Of a stretch of 64,000 bases of DNA, positions 12,609 to 24,278 are shown piece after piece. Origin of the DNA: an uncultured delta proteobacterium (GTDB taxonomy: Bacteria; Desulfobacterota; Syntrophia; Syntrophales; UBA2185). Under the pieces are notes generated by a model that was not told where the DNA came from, searched no databases, and saw nothing but the letters and a program-made list of their open reading frames with translations. How positions within the stretch are numbered: position 1 is the stretch's first letter; each line of letters begins with the position of its first letter. Both the position numbers and the translations under genes were made by a program. The DNA lies in NCBI GenBank assembly GCA_963695875.1, contig CAVOID010000008.1, positions 64,001 through 128,000 of the forward strand. The letters run 5' to 3'.

Positions 12609-13094
12609 ATGGAAAAAATATACGCGCCCTGGAGAATGACATACATAAAGAGTAAGAAGCCGGAAGGCTGCATCTTTTGCAAGGACTCAATAAGATGCAA
12701 TGATCTTGTTCTTTTTGAAGGGAAGACCGCATTCATAATGATGAATCGCTATCCATATATAAGCGGTCATCTCATGATAATTCCTTTCAGACACATAAGT
12801 CGAATGGAGGATCTTCTCCCTGGAGAAAAACTGGAGATATTCAACCTTCAGGACGTATCTGTCAGAGTTTTAAAAAATGTTGTGAACCCTGATGGTTTTA
12901 ATATCGGTATGAATTTGGGAAAAGCCGCCGGTGCCGGGGTAGACGATCATATTCATGTGCATATCGTGCCGAGATGGAGCGGGGATACAAACTTTATGAG
13001 CGTTGTGGGGGATGTACGTGTAATCCCCGAAGATATATACAAAACTTATGAGCTTCTTCTGCCACATTTTGAAAAATATCGTCTGGAGGTCTAA
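12609..13094 (+). CDS. HIT-family nucleotide hydrolase (Ap4A hydrolase/phosphorylase-like)
   Basis: APWRMTYI, CIFC, NRYPY, HIHVHIVPRW histidine triad. Confidence 0.93.
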   Translation: MEKIYAPWRMTYIKSKKPEGCIFCKDSIRCNDLVLFEGKTAFIMMNRYPYISGHLMIIPFRHISRMEDLLPGEKLEIFNLQDVSVRVLKNVVNPDGFNIGMNLGKAAGAGVDDHIHVHIVPRWSGDTNFMSVVGDVRVIPEDIYKTYELLLPHFEKYRLEV

Positions 13095-13095
13095 G

Positions 13096-13413
13096 ATGAA
13101 AGTTATCTATACTATTATTATGGTTCTAGTTATGCTTTTTATTATTACGTTCTCATTGGAGAATACACTTGCTATCAAGTTAAAGTACTATGATCTTGTC
13201 AATGTAACCGCCCCAACATACATGCTGGTTTTTATTTCGTTTCTTGTTGGCGTCATCTTTACGGGGTTCATGGGAATTGTGGAAAGATTCCGATTGAACA
13301 GGACCATTACTAAGTTAAATAAAACGATCAGAGAACTAAGAAGAGAAGTCAGGGATAGTAAGAAGGAATCATTAATTGATGAGGAAATGAAAGTTCCCAG
13401 TGAACAGGGATAA
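13096..13413 (+). CDS. LapA/DUF1049-family small membrane protein
   Basis: TM-FSLEN-TM-basic coiled-coil layout; GGAGG RBS. Confidence 0.75.
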   Translation: MKVIYTIIMVLVMLFIITFSLENTLAIKLKYYDLVNVTAPTYMLVFISFLVGVIFTGFMGIVERFRLNRTITKLNKTIRELRREVRDSKKESLIDEEMKVPSEQG

Positions 13414-13448
13414 ATGTTTAAGAAATTGTTTACGGACTGTCTGGACAC

Positions 13449-13916
13449 TTGAAGTTCATAACTGATGCTAACCTGGGGAAATTAGCCAAGTGGCTGCGTA
13501 TTTTAGGCTATGATACTGTGTTCTATAAGGGGGATGCGAATCGAAACTTTTTGAGGAAGGCCGAGAGTGAGGGAAGAGTCGTTCTGACAAGAATAAAAGA
13601 TATGGAACGGAGACAATTTTCAGGCCAGCTTGTCATGATTCATAGTGATCAAGTCCAAGAGCAACTCAGAGAGGTGATGGATAAGCTGCATCTCCTTCCG
13701 GATTTGGACCGGTCATTCAGCATCTGCCTGAGATGCAATGAAGTATTAATCAAGGTTGGGGGAGAAGAAATTTCCGGCTTGGTACCGGACCATGTATTTG
13801 CGAATCATACCGAATTTCATATGTGTCCACGCTGTAAGGGTATATTCTGGCCAGGTACGCATATGGACAACGCCCGTCGCTATCTCAAGACGCACATTCA
13901 GCGTCATCACCCCTGA
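13449..13916 (+). CDS. Mut7-C RNase domain protein
   Basis: FITDANLGKLAKWLRILGYDT, RVVLTR, CLRCN...CPRCKGIFWPGTH. Confidence 0.92.
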   Translation: MKFITDANLGKLAKWLRILGYDTVFYKGDANRNFLRKAESEGRVVLTRIKDMERRQFSGQLVMIHSDQVQEQLREVMDKLHLLPDLDRSFSICLRCNEVLIKVGGEEISGLVPDHVFANHTEFHMCPRCKGIFWPGTHMDNARRYLKTHIQRHHP

Positions 13917-14376
13917 TTTTTTCAACAGCATGTTTCAATGCAGGCAGGATGACTGTGAGGTTCTCCCTTACGGCCTTTGGAGAGCCGGGGAGATTTACAA
14001 TCAATGATCTGCCCCTGATCCCAACCACAGCCCTTGAAATCATTGCATGCGGCGTTATTGCTGCACTCACCCGTCGCATTGCCTCTGCCATACCCGGCAC
14101 TTCCTTATCGATCACTTCGAGAGTTGCATCCGGGGTTAAATCCCTAGGACTAACGCCAGTGCCACCCGTTGTTATAATCAGATCAAGTTTCATTCTATCA
14201 GTGCAGTCAATAAGTATCTCTCTTATTTTATCCTTCTCATCAGGGATTATCGTGGAATGAGCAATATTCACACCTATATCTTTCAACATGGAAACAATTT
14301 CCTGACCGCTCCTATCTTCTCGTTCCCCCCGGGACCCTTTATCACTAACGGTTATGACACCCGCATTAAATATCAA
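13885..14376 (-). CDS. mog: MogA/MoaB molybdopterin adenylyltransferase
   Basis: ITVSD, TTGGTGVSPRDLTPDAT, NLPGSPKAV. Confidence 0.92.
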   Translation of the reverse strand: MIFNAGVITVSDKGSRGEREDRSGQEIVSMLKDIGVNIAHSTIIPDEKDKIREILIDCTDRMKLDLIITTGGTGVSPRDLTPDATLEVIDKEVPGMAEAMRRVSAAITPHAMISRAVVGIRGRSLIVNLPGSPKAVRENLTVILPALKHAVEKIRGDDAECAS

Positions 14377-14420
14377 TTGATTACCTCATAAAGCAGAAAA
14401 TATAGGCCTATTAAGAAGGG

Positions 14421-14544
14421 GGACATTGTTAAAAGCTGCAGACGTGAGGCGCGCGAATCCTGGGGAACAGGGCGTACCTTCTGGTAAGTTGCAGTGCCTA
14501 TAGATGAAGCACAATGAAGCATACGTAATTTTTACGAAGCCGCC
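14421..14544 (+). repeat. Dispersed intergenic repeat (MITE/REP-like), copy 1
   Basis: Matches reverse complement of 40180-40323 in two blocks; ends tttttacgaagcc. Confidence 0.65.
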
Positions 14545-14548
14545 CAGT

Positions 14549-16627
14549 TTACTGTTGCTCCTTTTTAGATTCAGCTGTGATCTTCTCTGCAATAAAGGAT
14601 GGCACCTCTTCGTAATGTGAATGCTCGTATGTGAATGTTCCTCTGCCGCTGGTCATTGATCGAAGATCGGGTGCATATCTGAGAATCTCCGCTAGGGGCA
14701 CTTGACCTTTTATGATCCTGTTTGCACCTTTTGATTCCATACCTATGATTTTGCCACGCCGGCCGTTTAGATCCCCGATCACGTCACCCATGTATTCATC
14801 CGGGATCTCTATATCGATGTTAACAATAGGTTCGAGCAGTATAGGCTGGCACGCCATTACACCTTTTTTAAATCCCATAGAGCCGGCAATTTTGAATGCC
14901 ATTTCAGAAGAATCAACGGTGTGATAAGACCCATCCACCAGGGAAACCCGGACGTCAACGACAGGGTATCCGGCTAGAACACCCTCTGCCATAGCTTCCA
15001 CAATTCCTTTGTCAACAGCAGGTCGATACTGTTGCGGGATGACACCGCCGACGATCCTATCGACAAATTCAAATCCTCCACCACGTGGCAGGGGTTCTAT
15101 ATCAAGCCAACAATCTCCGAACTGTCCACGGCCTCCGGACTGTTTCTTGTACTTGCCCTGGACGTTTGTCTTGCCCTTGATTGTCTCCTTATAGGGAACC
15201 TTAGGTGTTTTCAATGTTACTTCCACACCAAATTTCCGTTTCATTTTTTCAACAGAGACTTCGATATGCACCTGTCCCATCCCGGACAGTATCATTTCCC
15301 TGGTTTGTTCATCCCGGTGAAACGTTAAGGTTGGGTCTTCTTCAATAATTCGGTTTATAGAGGAGACTATCTTTTCCTCGTCACCCCTGCTTTTCGGAGA
15401 TACGGCAAAGGACATGATTGGCGGCGGCGGTATAACTCTGTTGTAAACGATGGGGGATTTCTCAATGCATACTGTATCGCCGGTGGCTGTCTCCTTCAGT
15501 TTGGCAACTGCCGCAATATCTCCTGGAACCAAAGATTCAACAGGTTTCTGATTCTTTCCCTCAAGATAAAAGATATTTCCAAATCTTTCCGAGGTCTTTC
15601 TTGTCGAGTTATAAAACGAAGAGTCAGATTTGACCGTACCGGAATAGACGCGGAATACTGTCAATCTTCCGGCATATGGATCTGCAATAGTTTTAAAGAC
15701 GAAGGCGGAAAAGGGGTCTGCTTCCGCCGGCTTTCTTACTTCCTTCTCATCCTTACCCGGTTTCTTCCCCTCAACCGGACCGCGATCCACAGGGGAGGGA
15801 AGGGTGCTTATGATGAAATTGATCAGGTTTGCAATACCGATATTCTTCAGTGCAGAACCGCAAACAACGGGGATGAGAGCCCCGGCTATTACAGCCTTCC
15901 GGAGACCGTCTACCAAGTCAGTATCGCTGAGATCCCCCGTGTTCAGATATTTGTCCATCAACGCCTCGTCTGACTCAGCGATATCCTCAACCATTGTCTC
16001 CCGGCTCTTTTCGACAGCATCCTTCATATCGGATGGAATATCTGTTGTTTTGTAGGAGCCTTTCAGATCGTCAAAAATCAGGGCTTTTCTATTTACGAGA
16101 TCTATTATGCCATTAAAGGAGTCTTCCTTGCCGATGGGGAGAAATATGGGAGTCACCTTTTTTCCTAGACGGCTCTTGATGCTCTCGACACTCTTTTCAA
16201 AATTCGCCCTTTCCCTGTCCAATCTATTGATAAAGACGATGCGGGACAGCTGATACTCATCGGAGTATTCCCATACCTTCTCGGTTTGAAATTCGACGCC
16301 GCCGACGCCATCGATCACAATAATGACACCATCGGCAACACGTAGACAATTTCTTGTATCGTAGGCGAAATTGGAATCACCCGGAGTATCAAGGAGAGTA
16401 ATTTTATATTTTTCCCATTCGACGAAATTCGTGGCGGCGCTTATGGAGATATGTCTTTTCTGTTCCTCCGGCTCAAAGTCCAGCGTGGATGTTCCTTCAT
16501 CAACTCTCCCCGGCCGGTCTGTTTTACCCGCGATATAAAGCATTGATTCACATAGAGTCGTTTTTCCTGTTCCTCCGTGTCCGACAACGGCCACATTTCG
16601 TAAAGAATTAGATTCGTACTTTGACAT
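14549..16627 (-). CDS. fusA: Elongation factor G paralogue (EF-G2-like, outside the str operon)
   Basis: GHGGTGKTT, DTPG, NRLD, KQSGGRGQFG, DGSYHTVDSSEMAF, LRSMTSGRG. Confidence 0.93.
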   Translation of the reverse strand: MSKYESNSLRNVAVVGHGGTGKTTLCESMLYIAGKTDRPGRVDEGTSTLDFEPEEQKRHISISAATNFVEWEKYKITLLDTPGDSNFAYDTRNCLRVADGVIIVIDGVGGVEFQTEKVWEYSDEYQLSRIVFINRLDRERANFEKSVESIKSRLGKKVTPIFLPIGKEDSFNGIIDLVNRKALIFDDLKGSYKTTDIPSDMKDAVEKSRETMVEDIAESDEALMDKYLNTGDLSDTDLVDGLRKAVIAGALIPVVCGSALKNIGIANLINFIISTLPSPVDRGPVEGKKPGKDEKEVRKPAEADPFSAFVFKTIADPYAGRLTVFRVYSGTVKSDSSFYNSTRKTSERFGNIFYLEGKNQKPVESLVPGDIAAVAKLKETATGDTVCIEKSPIVYNRVIPPPPIMSFAVSPKSRGDEEKIVSSINRIIEEDPTLTFHRDEQTREMILSGMGQVHIEVSVEKMKRKFGVEVTLKTPKVPYKETIKGKTNVQGKYKKQSGGRGQFGDCWLDIEPLPRGGGFEFVDRIVGGVIPQQYRPAVDKGIVEAMAEGVLAGYPVVDVRVSLVDGSYHTVDSSEMAFKIAGSMGFKKGVMACQPILLEPIVNIDIEIPDEYMGDVIGDLNGRRGKIIGMESKGANRIIKGQVPLAEILRYAPDLRSMTSGRGTFTYEHSHYEEVPSFIAEKITAESKKEQQ

Positions 16628-16808
16628 GGAAACTCCTTTCTACAACCACCAAAAACAAATGTTCTATGTGCTTGCGGTGTGTAGCGTATTCTTCCTTCCA
16701 AAGTCAAGTCAATTTTCTGTTTGGACAACAAACTCTCCTTGACTTTTGATGAGCTTATGTTAATTTTACATCTCTGAAATGCCATGAGGATATTTCATAG
16801 GAATAAAG

Positions 16809-16994
16809 ATGCCCAAAAATTTTTATACCTTCCTGATAATCCCCAAGAAAAAAAGTTCAGCTAAGAAATTTACGCTTTCGAGTAGGCTTTTAACCGGTGT
16901 TGTTTTGTGCATAATAATTATTATCCTGTCTTCCATGTATACATATTATGACTGTCTAGAAATAGAGCTGGATAAGATGGGGTATACCTATTGA
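16809..16994 (+). pseudogene. N-terminal fragment of an M23-family peptidase-like membrane protein
   Basis: YTFLIIP...KKFTLS plus one TM, then early stop; located upstream of secA where an M23 gene is typical; no catalytic domain found. Confidence 0.5.
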
Positions 16995-17019
16995 CTCAAG
17001 AAAGTATTTGAATCAGATG

Positions 17020-17105
17020 TGACGGTTTCGTAAAAAATGGCCCCCATTTTCACGGGGGCGGACTCCAGATTAAGTTGCACCGCACCCCTCGCATTGCAAT
17101 TACGG
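17020..17105 (-). repeat. Partial copy of the dispersed repeat with an internal hairpin
   Basis: Terminal gacggtttcgtaaaaa (reverse complement tttttacgaaaccgtc) like the copy 1 end; gccccc/gggggc stem. Confidence 0.45.
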
Positions 17106-17312
17106 TGACATGGATCTGTATAAGAATAATTCTTCATGGTTTGTTCGCCTTGTTGCGGGAGCATTTTGCCCAAGGTATTTTCTTCATTTCAGCTTGGGAC
17201 TTTTCTTTACAAGGTCATTGAATTTTGCCCATTGATCTGTAATATCCCAGATTGATGGTTATTGTTATCTAACATCCCGGTTTTATACCGGTTTTTTTAA
17301 AAAGGGTTATGA

Positions 17313-19832
17313 ATGATTTTGTCTTTACTGGAAAAGGTAATAGGCAGTAAAAATGATCGCGAATTAAAAAGACTGTCTTTGATCCTTGATGAAATAAATG
17401 CTCTTGAGCCGTCCATGATTGCTCTCAGTGATGGAGAATTAAAAGTTAAGACGCCGTATTTTCGGGAGAGGCTGAGGAATGGTGAGGAACTCGATGATAT
17501 CATCGTTGAGGCTTTAGCTGTTGCTAGAGAAGCTGCCAGACGAACTGTATTTATGAGACCTTTTGATGTTCAGATTATCGGGGGTCTGGTACTCAATGAA
17601 GGCAAGATTGCTGAGATGAAAACAGGAGAGGGTAAAACCCTGGCGGCAACAATGCCACTCTATCTGAATGCCCTAACCGGAGAAGGTTGTCACTTGGTAA
17701 CGGTGAATGATTACTTGGCAAAGAGGGATGCGGAGTGGATGGGGCCTATTTACAAATTCCTGGGACTAACTGTCGGTGTTGTTGTGCATGGCATGGATGA
17801 TAATGAAAGAAGGAAAGCATATCATGCCGATATCACGTACGGCACCAATAACGAATTTGGTTTCGATTACCTCCGTGATAACATGAAGTTCAGCCTCGAA
17901 GATTATGTTCAACGAGACTTCAACTATGCCATAGTTGATGAAGTAGACAGCATCCTCATCGATGAAGCAAGAACCCCTCTTATAATATCCGGTCCATCTG
18001 AGGAGTCTACCGATAAATATTACAGAATCAATCAAATAATACCAGGATTAAGAAGGGACAAGGATTACACTATTGATGAAAAAAGCCGTACCGTTGTTTT
18101 AACCGAAGAGGGTGTGGCACGGGTGGAAAAATATCTCAAGGTGCAAAACCTATTTGAACCAAGGAACATGGAACTTCTTCATCACGTAAATCAGGCATTG
18201 AAGGCTCACACATTATTCAAACGTGATGTTGATTATCTGGTGAGAGATGGTCAGGTCATCATTGTTGATGAATTTACAGGAAGAGTAATGCCGGGAAGAA
18301 GGTATAGTGATGGTCTGCATCAAGCTCTGGAGGCAAAAGAAAAAGTAAAAATAGAACGTGAAAATCAGACACTTGCCTCAATAACATTCCAGAATTACTT
18401 TAGGATGTATAAGAAACTTGCTGGGATGACAGGTACTGCCGATACTGAAGCGGCCGAATTTAAAAAGATTTATAATCTAGATGTTGTTGTCGTTCCGACA
18501 AATATGCCGATGATACGTATAGATAATCCCGACGTGATATACAAAACTGAAGTAGAAAAATTTAATGCCGTTATTGATGAGATTAAGGCGCTACACAAAG
18601 AAAAGAGACCTGTTCTGGTCGGCACGATATCGATTGCAAAGTCTGAACTCTTGAGCAGGAATCTTTCACGTACCGGGATCAAGCATCATGTACTTAACGC
18701 TAAACATCATGAGAAAGAGGCGGAAATTATCGCCCAGGCCGGACAGCCCGGGATGGTAACCATATCCACTAATATGGCAGGCCGCGGAACCGATATAAAG
18801 CTCGGCGAAGGCATTGCTGAGCTCGGCGGTCTTCATATTCTCGGCACGGAGAGGCATGAAAGCCGCCGTATCGATAATCAGCTAAGGGGCAGGTCGGGCC
18901 GCCAGGGGGATATGGGCTCTTCACGATTTTATCTGGCACTGGAAGATGATCTTTTGAGGATATTCGGTGCCGAGAGGATATCATCCATAATGGACAAAAT
19001 AGGCATGGAAGAGAATCAGCCTATTGAACACAAGCTGATTTCGAAGGCCATCGAAAATGCACAAAAAAGGGTCGAAGCGCATAATTTCGATATTCGAAAG
19101 CACTTGTTGGAATTTGACGATGTAATGAACAGACAGAGACAGGTAATTTATGAACAGCGCAAAAGGGTACTTAAGGGTGAGGATCTGTGGTCCGATGTTG
19201 AGGAGATGTTGGAAGAACTCGTTGGGGAAACAGTTCCGGAGCATATAGATGAGAAAGCCCATCCTGAGGAATGGAATCTGAAGGGATTGGATGATGTCGT
19301 ATTCAAACAATTTTCTTTGCGATTGAACCTCAAGGAAGCCGGTATGAATATGGGCAGGGATGCCATCGAGGAAGAAATCATTTCCAGAGTGAAAACATTA
19401 CTGAAGAACAAGGAACAGGAATACGGCAAGCCCCTCATGGACTATCTCATGAAAGTTATTATGTTGCAGTCTATTGATACCCACTGGAAGGATCATTTAC
19501 TAAGTATGGATCACCTGAAGGAAGGCATTGGTCTCAGGGGATACGGGCAGAAGGATCCAGTCAGGGAATATCAAAAAGAGGGTTATGAGATGTTCATGGA
19601 CATGATCCACCGTGTTAAAGAAGACACTATCGAAAAACTCTGTATAGTAAGGATCCAGAGGGAAGAAGAGGTCGAAGAAATGCGGGAACAGGCCAATCAG
19701 GATTATATCTTGAGCAGGGGTGAAGATATGGCAGAACCGTCTACCGTGAAGAGGGATGCTAAGAAAGTGGGTAGAAATGATCCGTGCCCATGCGGTAGTG
19801 GGAAGAAATATAAGAAATGTTGCGGTCAATGA
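17313..19832 (+). CDS. secA: Preprotein translocase ATPase SecA
   Basis: [36 protein letters not shown]-terminal [18 protein letters not shown]. Confidence 0.99.
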   Translation: MILSLLEKVIGSKNDRELKRLSLILDEINALEPSMIALSDGELKVKTPYFRERLRNGEELDDIIVEALAVAREAARRTVFMRPFDVQIIGGLVLNEGKIAEMKTGEGKTLAATMPLYLNALTGEGCHLVTVNDYLAKRDAEWMGPIYKFLGLTVGVVVHGMDDNERRKAYHADITYGTNNEFGFDYLRDNMKFSLEDYVQRDFNYAIVDEVDSILIDEARTPLIISGPSEESTDKYYRINQIIPGLRRDKDYTIDEKSRTVVLTEEGVARVEKYLKVQNLFEPRNMELLHHVNQALKAHTLFKRDVDYLVRDGQVIIVDEFTGRVMPGRRYSDGLHQALEAKEKVKIERENQTLASITFQNYFRMYKKLAGMTGTADTEAAEFKKIYNLDVVVVPTNMPMIRIDNPDVIYKTEVEKFNAVIDEIKALHKEKRPVLVGTISIAKSELLSRNLSRTGIKHHVLNAKHHEKEAEIIAQAGQPGMVTISTNMAGRGTDIKLGEGIAELGGLHILGTERHESRRIDNQLRGRSGRQGDMGSSRFYLALEDDLLRIFGAERISSIMDKIGMEENQPIEHKLISKAIENAQKRVEAHNFDIRKHLLEFDDVMNRQRQVIYEQRKRVLKGEDLWSDVEEMLEELVGETVPEHIDEKAHPEEWNLKGLDDVVFKQFSLRLNLKEAGMNMGRDAIEEEIISRVKTLLKNKEQEYGKPLMDYLMKVIMLQSIDTHWKDHLLSMDHLKEGIGLRGYGQKDPVREYQKEGYEMFMDMIHRVKEDTIEKLCIVRIQREEEVEEMREQANQDYILSRGEDMAEPSTVKRDAKKVGRNDPCPCGSGKKYKKCCGQ

Positions 19833-19951
19833 AAAGCATACTATAGTGAAGATAACAGACCTTTTAGTAAAGGTATGGCTGAGGGAAGTAACCCCGATTT
19901 TGAATAACATCTTATGAAAACAATCACCAATTTTGCCAAGCTCTCAATACT

Positions 19952-21151
19952 ATGATTCAGAATACAGAAACATGCGCTGTTCCTGGCTTTAGGGCAAACG
20001 GTATTCATACCGGCGTCAAGGAAACCGGCATGAAGGACCTTGCTCTTATTTTTTCTGTTGTGCCGGCGAAGGCATCGGGGGTATTTACGAAGAATCGCTT
20101 TAAAGCAGCCCCCGTGCTTCTTGATGAAGTAAGGATAAAATCCGGCGTAGCCCAAGCAGTTCTAATAAATAGCGGTAACGCGAACGCAGCAACAGGTCAG
20201 GATGGATATACGGATGCTCTCAGGATGTCCAAAAGCGCTTCCGATAAGTTGAATATTAGTGATGAACTAATTTTAGTAGCATCAACTGGTGTAATTGGTC
20301 ACAGGCTTCCTGTTCAGAAAATAGAATTGGGTATGAACAGGTTGGTCAAGGGTTTGCATTCGAATGGGATTACCGTGGCAGCAAATGCGATCATGACAAC
20401 AGACAAGTTTGCCAAGATAGCTTGCCGAAAGAGAGCAATTGGTTCAAAAGAAATTACCGTATGCGGTATTGCCAAGGGAGCGGGTATGATAGAACCCCAT
20501 ATGGCAACTATGCTTGCGTTTGCCATGACAGATGCGGCCATTGATACCCATGCCCTTGATACAGTTTTTAAGCAAGTGGTTAGCGGGACTTTTAATGCAA
20601 TAACCGTGGATGGATGCATGAGTACGAATGATACGGCAATAATATTAGCCAACGGTATTGCCGGAAACAAGCAACTTAAGGAAGCATCCAGGGAGATATC
20701 TCTGTTCAAGGGAATGCTTTTCGATGTTATGTCTGATCTCTCACAGGCTATGGTGAGAGACGGCGAGGGGGCAACAAAGGTTATAGAAATTTTCGTCGAT
20801 GAAGCAAGATCATTAAGGGATGCAAAAAGAGTTGCCTATGCCATCGCTAACTCAAATCTGGTCAAAACTGCATTTTATGGTTGTGATCCAAACTGGGGCA
20901 GAATAATATCAGCTGCTGGTTCAGCCGGTATCAATTTTCAAGTTGATGATGTTAAACTGTACTTTGAAGAAATTCCGGTATTCGCTAGCGGGTGTGGGAT
21001 TTATGGTAATGAAGGGAAGCTTTCAGAAATCATGTCCAGAGCAAACATAAGGGTGTTATTGAAACTTGGTATGGGGAATAAAGCTTATAGACTATACGCT
21101 TCCGATCTTTCTTTTGAATATATTAGAATTAATGCACATTATCATACTTAA
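19952..21151 (+). CDS. argJ: Ornithine acetyltransferase / N-acetylglutamate synthase
   Basis: NSGNANA, IMTTD, KGAGMIEPHMATML, DGCMSTND, DGEGATK, DPNWGRI. Confidence 0.97.
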   Translation: MIQNTETCAVPGFRANGIHTGVKETGMKDLALIFSVVPAKASGVFTKNRFKAAPVLLDEVRIKSGVAQAVLINSGNANAATGQDGYTDALRMSKSASDKLNISDELILVASTGVIGHRLPVQKIELGMNRLVKGLHSNGITVAANAIMTTDKFAKIACRKRAIGSKEITVCGIAKGAGMIEPHMATMLAFAMTDAAIDTHALDTVFKQVVSGTFNAITVDGCMSTNDTAIILANGIAGNKQLKEASREISLFKGMLFDVMSDLSQAMVRDGEGATKVIEIFVDEARSLRDAKRVAYAIANSNLVKTAFYGCDPNWGRIISAAGSAGINFQVDDVKLYFEEIPVFASGCGIYGNEGKLSEIMSRANIRVLLKLGMGNKAYRLYASDLSFEYIRINAHYHT

Positions 21152-21206
21152 GTCTCCCCTTTTTTACTTGCTAATTTAAAATCTTTATGTTATCTGCCAG
21201 CGGATT

Positions 21207-21300
21207 TCACACATCCTTTGATTGGCGGGGCGTTGCTTTTTAAACAAAAGTTCCCCGTGCAAGAAGATAAGGATGGAGGTAAAAAAACAAAAGGAGTTTT
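21207..21300 (+). promoter_or_regulatory. rpsB (S2) autoregulatory leader RNA
   Basis: cacacatcc...ggatggagg pairing segments and position directly upstream of rpsB. Confidence 0.55.
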
Positions 21301-21303
21301 GAT

Positions 21304-22149
21304 ATGGCGAGTATATCTATGAAATTGCTGCTTGAGGCAGGCGTCCACTTTGGTCATCAAACCAACAAGTGGAATCCTAAGATGAAGCCCTATATATTTG
21401 GGGCTAGGAACGGAATTTACATCATAGACCTCCAGCAGACGGTGGGGATGTTCCAGACTGCGTTTGATTTTGTTGTTGATCTCGTGGCAAAAGGCGGAGA
21501 GGTTCTCTTTGTAGGGACTAAAAAGCAATCTCAGGAATCTATCAAAGAGGAGGCAGAGCGGTGCGGAATGCCTTATGTCAATCAGCGGTGGTTGGGCGGG
21601 ATGATAACCAATTTCAGTACCATTAATAAAAGGATTGAAAGATTAAATACCCTGGGAAAAATGTTTTCAGATGAAAGCATTAAGGCCTTTCCCAAAAAAG
21701 AAATTATGAAGCTTCAGAAAGAAATGAATAAACTTGAAAAGGTCTTAGGTGGTATAAAAGCAATTAAGCGTCCTCCCGGGGGGCTGTTCGTAGTTGATCC
21801 GAAGAGGGAGAGTATTGCTATAAAAGAAGCACAAAAGTTAAAGATCCCCATAGTAGCCATAGTGGATACCAATTGTGATCCGGATGACATCGATTATGTT
21901 ATCCCTGGGAATGATGATGCTATCAGAGCTATAAAACTGTTTTCTTCAAAGATCGCGGATGCGGTAATTGAGGGCAAAAAACGTTTTGAGGAGCATATAC
22001 AGGCTGATACAGATAAGGAAGCGCAGGCTGAAGTTGCAATCAGAAGTGACGATTTGGAAACAGATGTTCCTGAATCTGTTGAAACAAAAGGCGGAATAAC
22101 TGATTATGAAGAAGCTTTTGAAGGTGATATAAAACGCCATTTAAAATGA
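21304..22149 (+). CDS. rpsB: 30S ribosomal protein S2
   Basis: [31 protein letters not shown]. Confidence 0.99.
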   Translation: MASISMKLLLEAGVHFGHQTNKWNPKMKPYIFGARNGIYIIDLQQTVGMFQTAFDFVVDLVAKGGEVLFVGTKKQSQESIKEEAERCGMPYVNQRWLGGMITNFSTINKRIERLNTLGKMFSDESIKAFPKKEIMKLQKEMNKLEKVLGGIKAIKRPPGGLFVVDPKRESIAIKEAQKLKIPIVAIVDTNCDPDDIDYVIPGNDDAIRAIKLFSSKIADAVIEGKKRFEEHIQADTDKEAQAEVAIRSDDLETDVPESVETKGGITDYEEAFEGDIKRHLK

Positions 22150-22176
22150 GAAATTTGACGGGGGAGGTAGTATAAG

Positions 22177-22782
22177 TTGAGCATTACATCAACGATGGTT
22201 AAAGAATTGAGGGATAAAACAGGTGCCGGTATAATGGATTGCAAGGAGGCCCTGAAGGTTTCTATTGGGGACTTTGAGAAGGCAATTGATTATTTGCGGA
22301 AAAAGGGAATGTCTGCAGCTACGAAGAGATCATCGAAGGCAGCTAAAGATGGTGGTATTGCCTCATATATCCATATGGGAGGCAGAATTGGGGTTCTGGT
22401 GGAGGTTAATTGCGAAACAGATTTTGTTGCCAAAACGGATGATTTTCAAGTCCTGGCAAAAGATCTTACAATGCATGTAGCAGCAGCGAACCCCCTATAT
22501 GTCAAACCTGAAGACATACCTTCTGATATCATAGAGAGGGAGAAGGAGATTTACAGGAGCCAGGCGCTGGCAGAAAAAAAGCCGGAAAAGATATGGGATA
22601 AGATCATAGAAGGTAAGCTGAAGAAGTATTATGAGGATGTGTGCCTTCTGAATCAGAAATTTATCAAGGATACGGATATTACAGTTGAAACATTACTCAA
22701 TAATATGATCGCAAAAACCGGTGAGAATATTGTTATTAGAAGATTTGTGCGGTTCCAATTGGGCGAAGAATTGAAGAAGTGA
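22177..22782 (+). CDS. tsf: Elongation factor Ts (short form)
   Basis: VKELRDKTGAGIMDCKEAL, EVNCETDFVA. Confidence 0.98.
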   Translation: MSITSTMVKELRDKTGAGIMDCKEALKVSIGDFEKAIDYLRKKGMSAATKRSSKAAKDGGIASYIHMGGRIGVLVEVNCETDFVAKTDDFQVLAKDLTMHVAAANPLYVKPEDIPSDIIEREKEIYRSQALAEKKPEKIWDKIIEGKLKKYYEDVCLLNQKFIKDTDITVETLLNNMIAKTGENIVIRRFVRFQLGEELKK

Positions 22783-23502
<720 letters not shown>

Positions 23503-23503
23503 G

Positions 23504-24061
23504 ATGAAGGATTTAATCTTTGAAGAATTAAAAGTTAACATGGAAAAAGCAATACGCGCTTTTGAGAAATCCTTAAATAAAGTGAGGACAGGTAGGGCAT
23601 CGCTGTCTCTTTTGGATGGTATAAAAGTGGAATACTATGGTGTTCCGACACCGTTAAATCAAGTTGCTACACTTTCCGTACCGGAGAGCCGTCTTATACT
23701 CATATCTCCATGGGATAACAGCATTATAGGTAATATTGAAAAAGCTATACAGAAATCTGACCTCGGTCTGACACCAACAAGCGACGGGAAATTGATACGC
23801 CTTTCGATTCCACCACTGACTGAAGAACGAAGAAAAGAACTAGTGAAGGTTGTAAGAAGACTCTCAGAAGAATGCAAAATTAACCTGAGAAATGTGAGAA
23901 GGGACGCAAACGATCAATTAAAGACCCTGAAAAAAGATAATGACATTTCTGAAGATGAGTTTTATGCGTACCAGGAGGAAGTTCAGGAAGTAACTGATAA
24001 ATACATTGAAACGGCTGACAGTATCGTTATTTCCAAAGAAAAAGAAATCATGGAAATATAA
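23504..24061 (+). CDS. frr: Ribosome recycling factor
   Basis: RTGRA, PPLTEERRKELVK, RNVRRD, KEKEIME. Confidence 0.98.
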   Translation: MKDLIFEELKVNMEKAIRAFEKSLNKVRTGRASLSLLDGIKVEYYGVPTPLNQVATLSVPESRLILISPWDNSIIGNIEKAIQKSDLGLTPTSDGKLIRLSIPPLTEERRKELVKVVRRLSEECKINLRNVRRDANDQLKTLKKDNDISEDEFYAYQEEVQEVTDKYIETADSIVISKEKEIMEI

Positions 24062-24090
24062 GTTCTATTCTATAAGGAAAATAAATGAAG

Positions 24091-24119
24091 AGGGAGCCTT
24101 TTGGCTCCTTATTTGTTTT
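24091..24119 (+). terminator. Rho-independent terminator after frr
   Basis: agggagcc-tttt-ggctcctt stem followed by T-rich tract. Confidence 0.6.
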
Positions 24120-24278
24120 GAGAATATACTTTCCTTGTTATCGACTTTAGTCCTCTTCAAGTATTCTTCATGGGTCCTTATGTGTTTGTTCAGATGCCTT
24201 GATATTTATCTGCCTGTATGTTAATTTAATGACATGATTATTATCGATAGATGTTGAGAAAAAGTAGGTTTTTTATTC

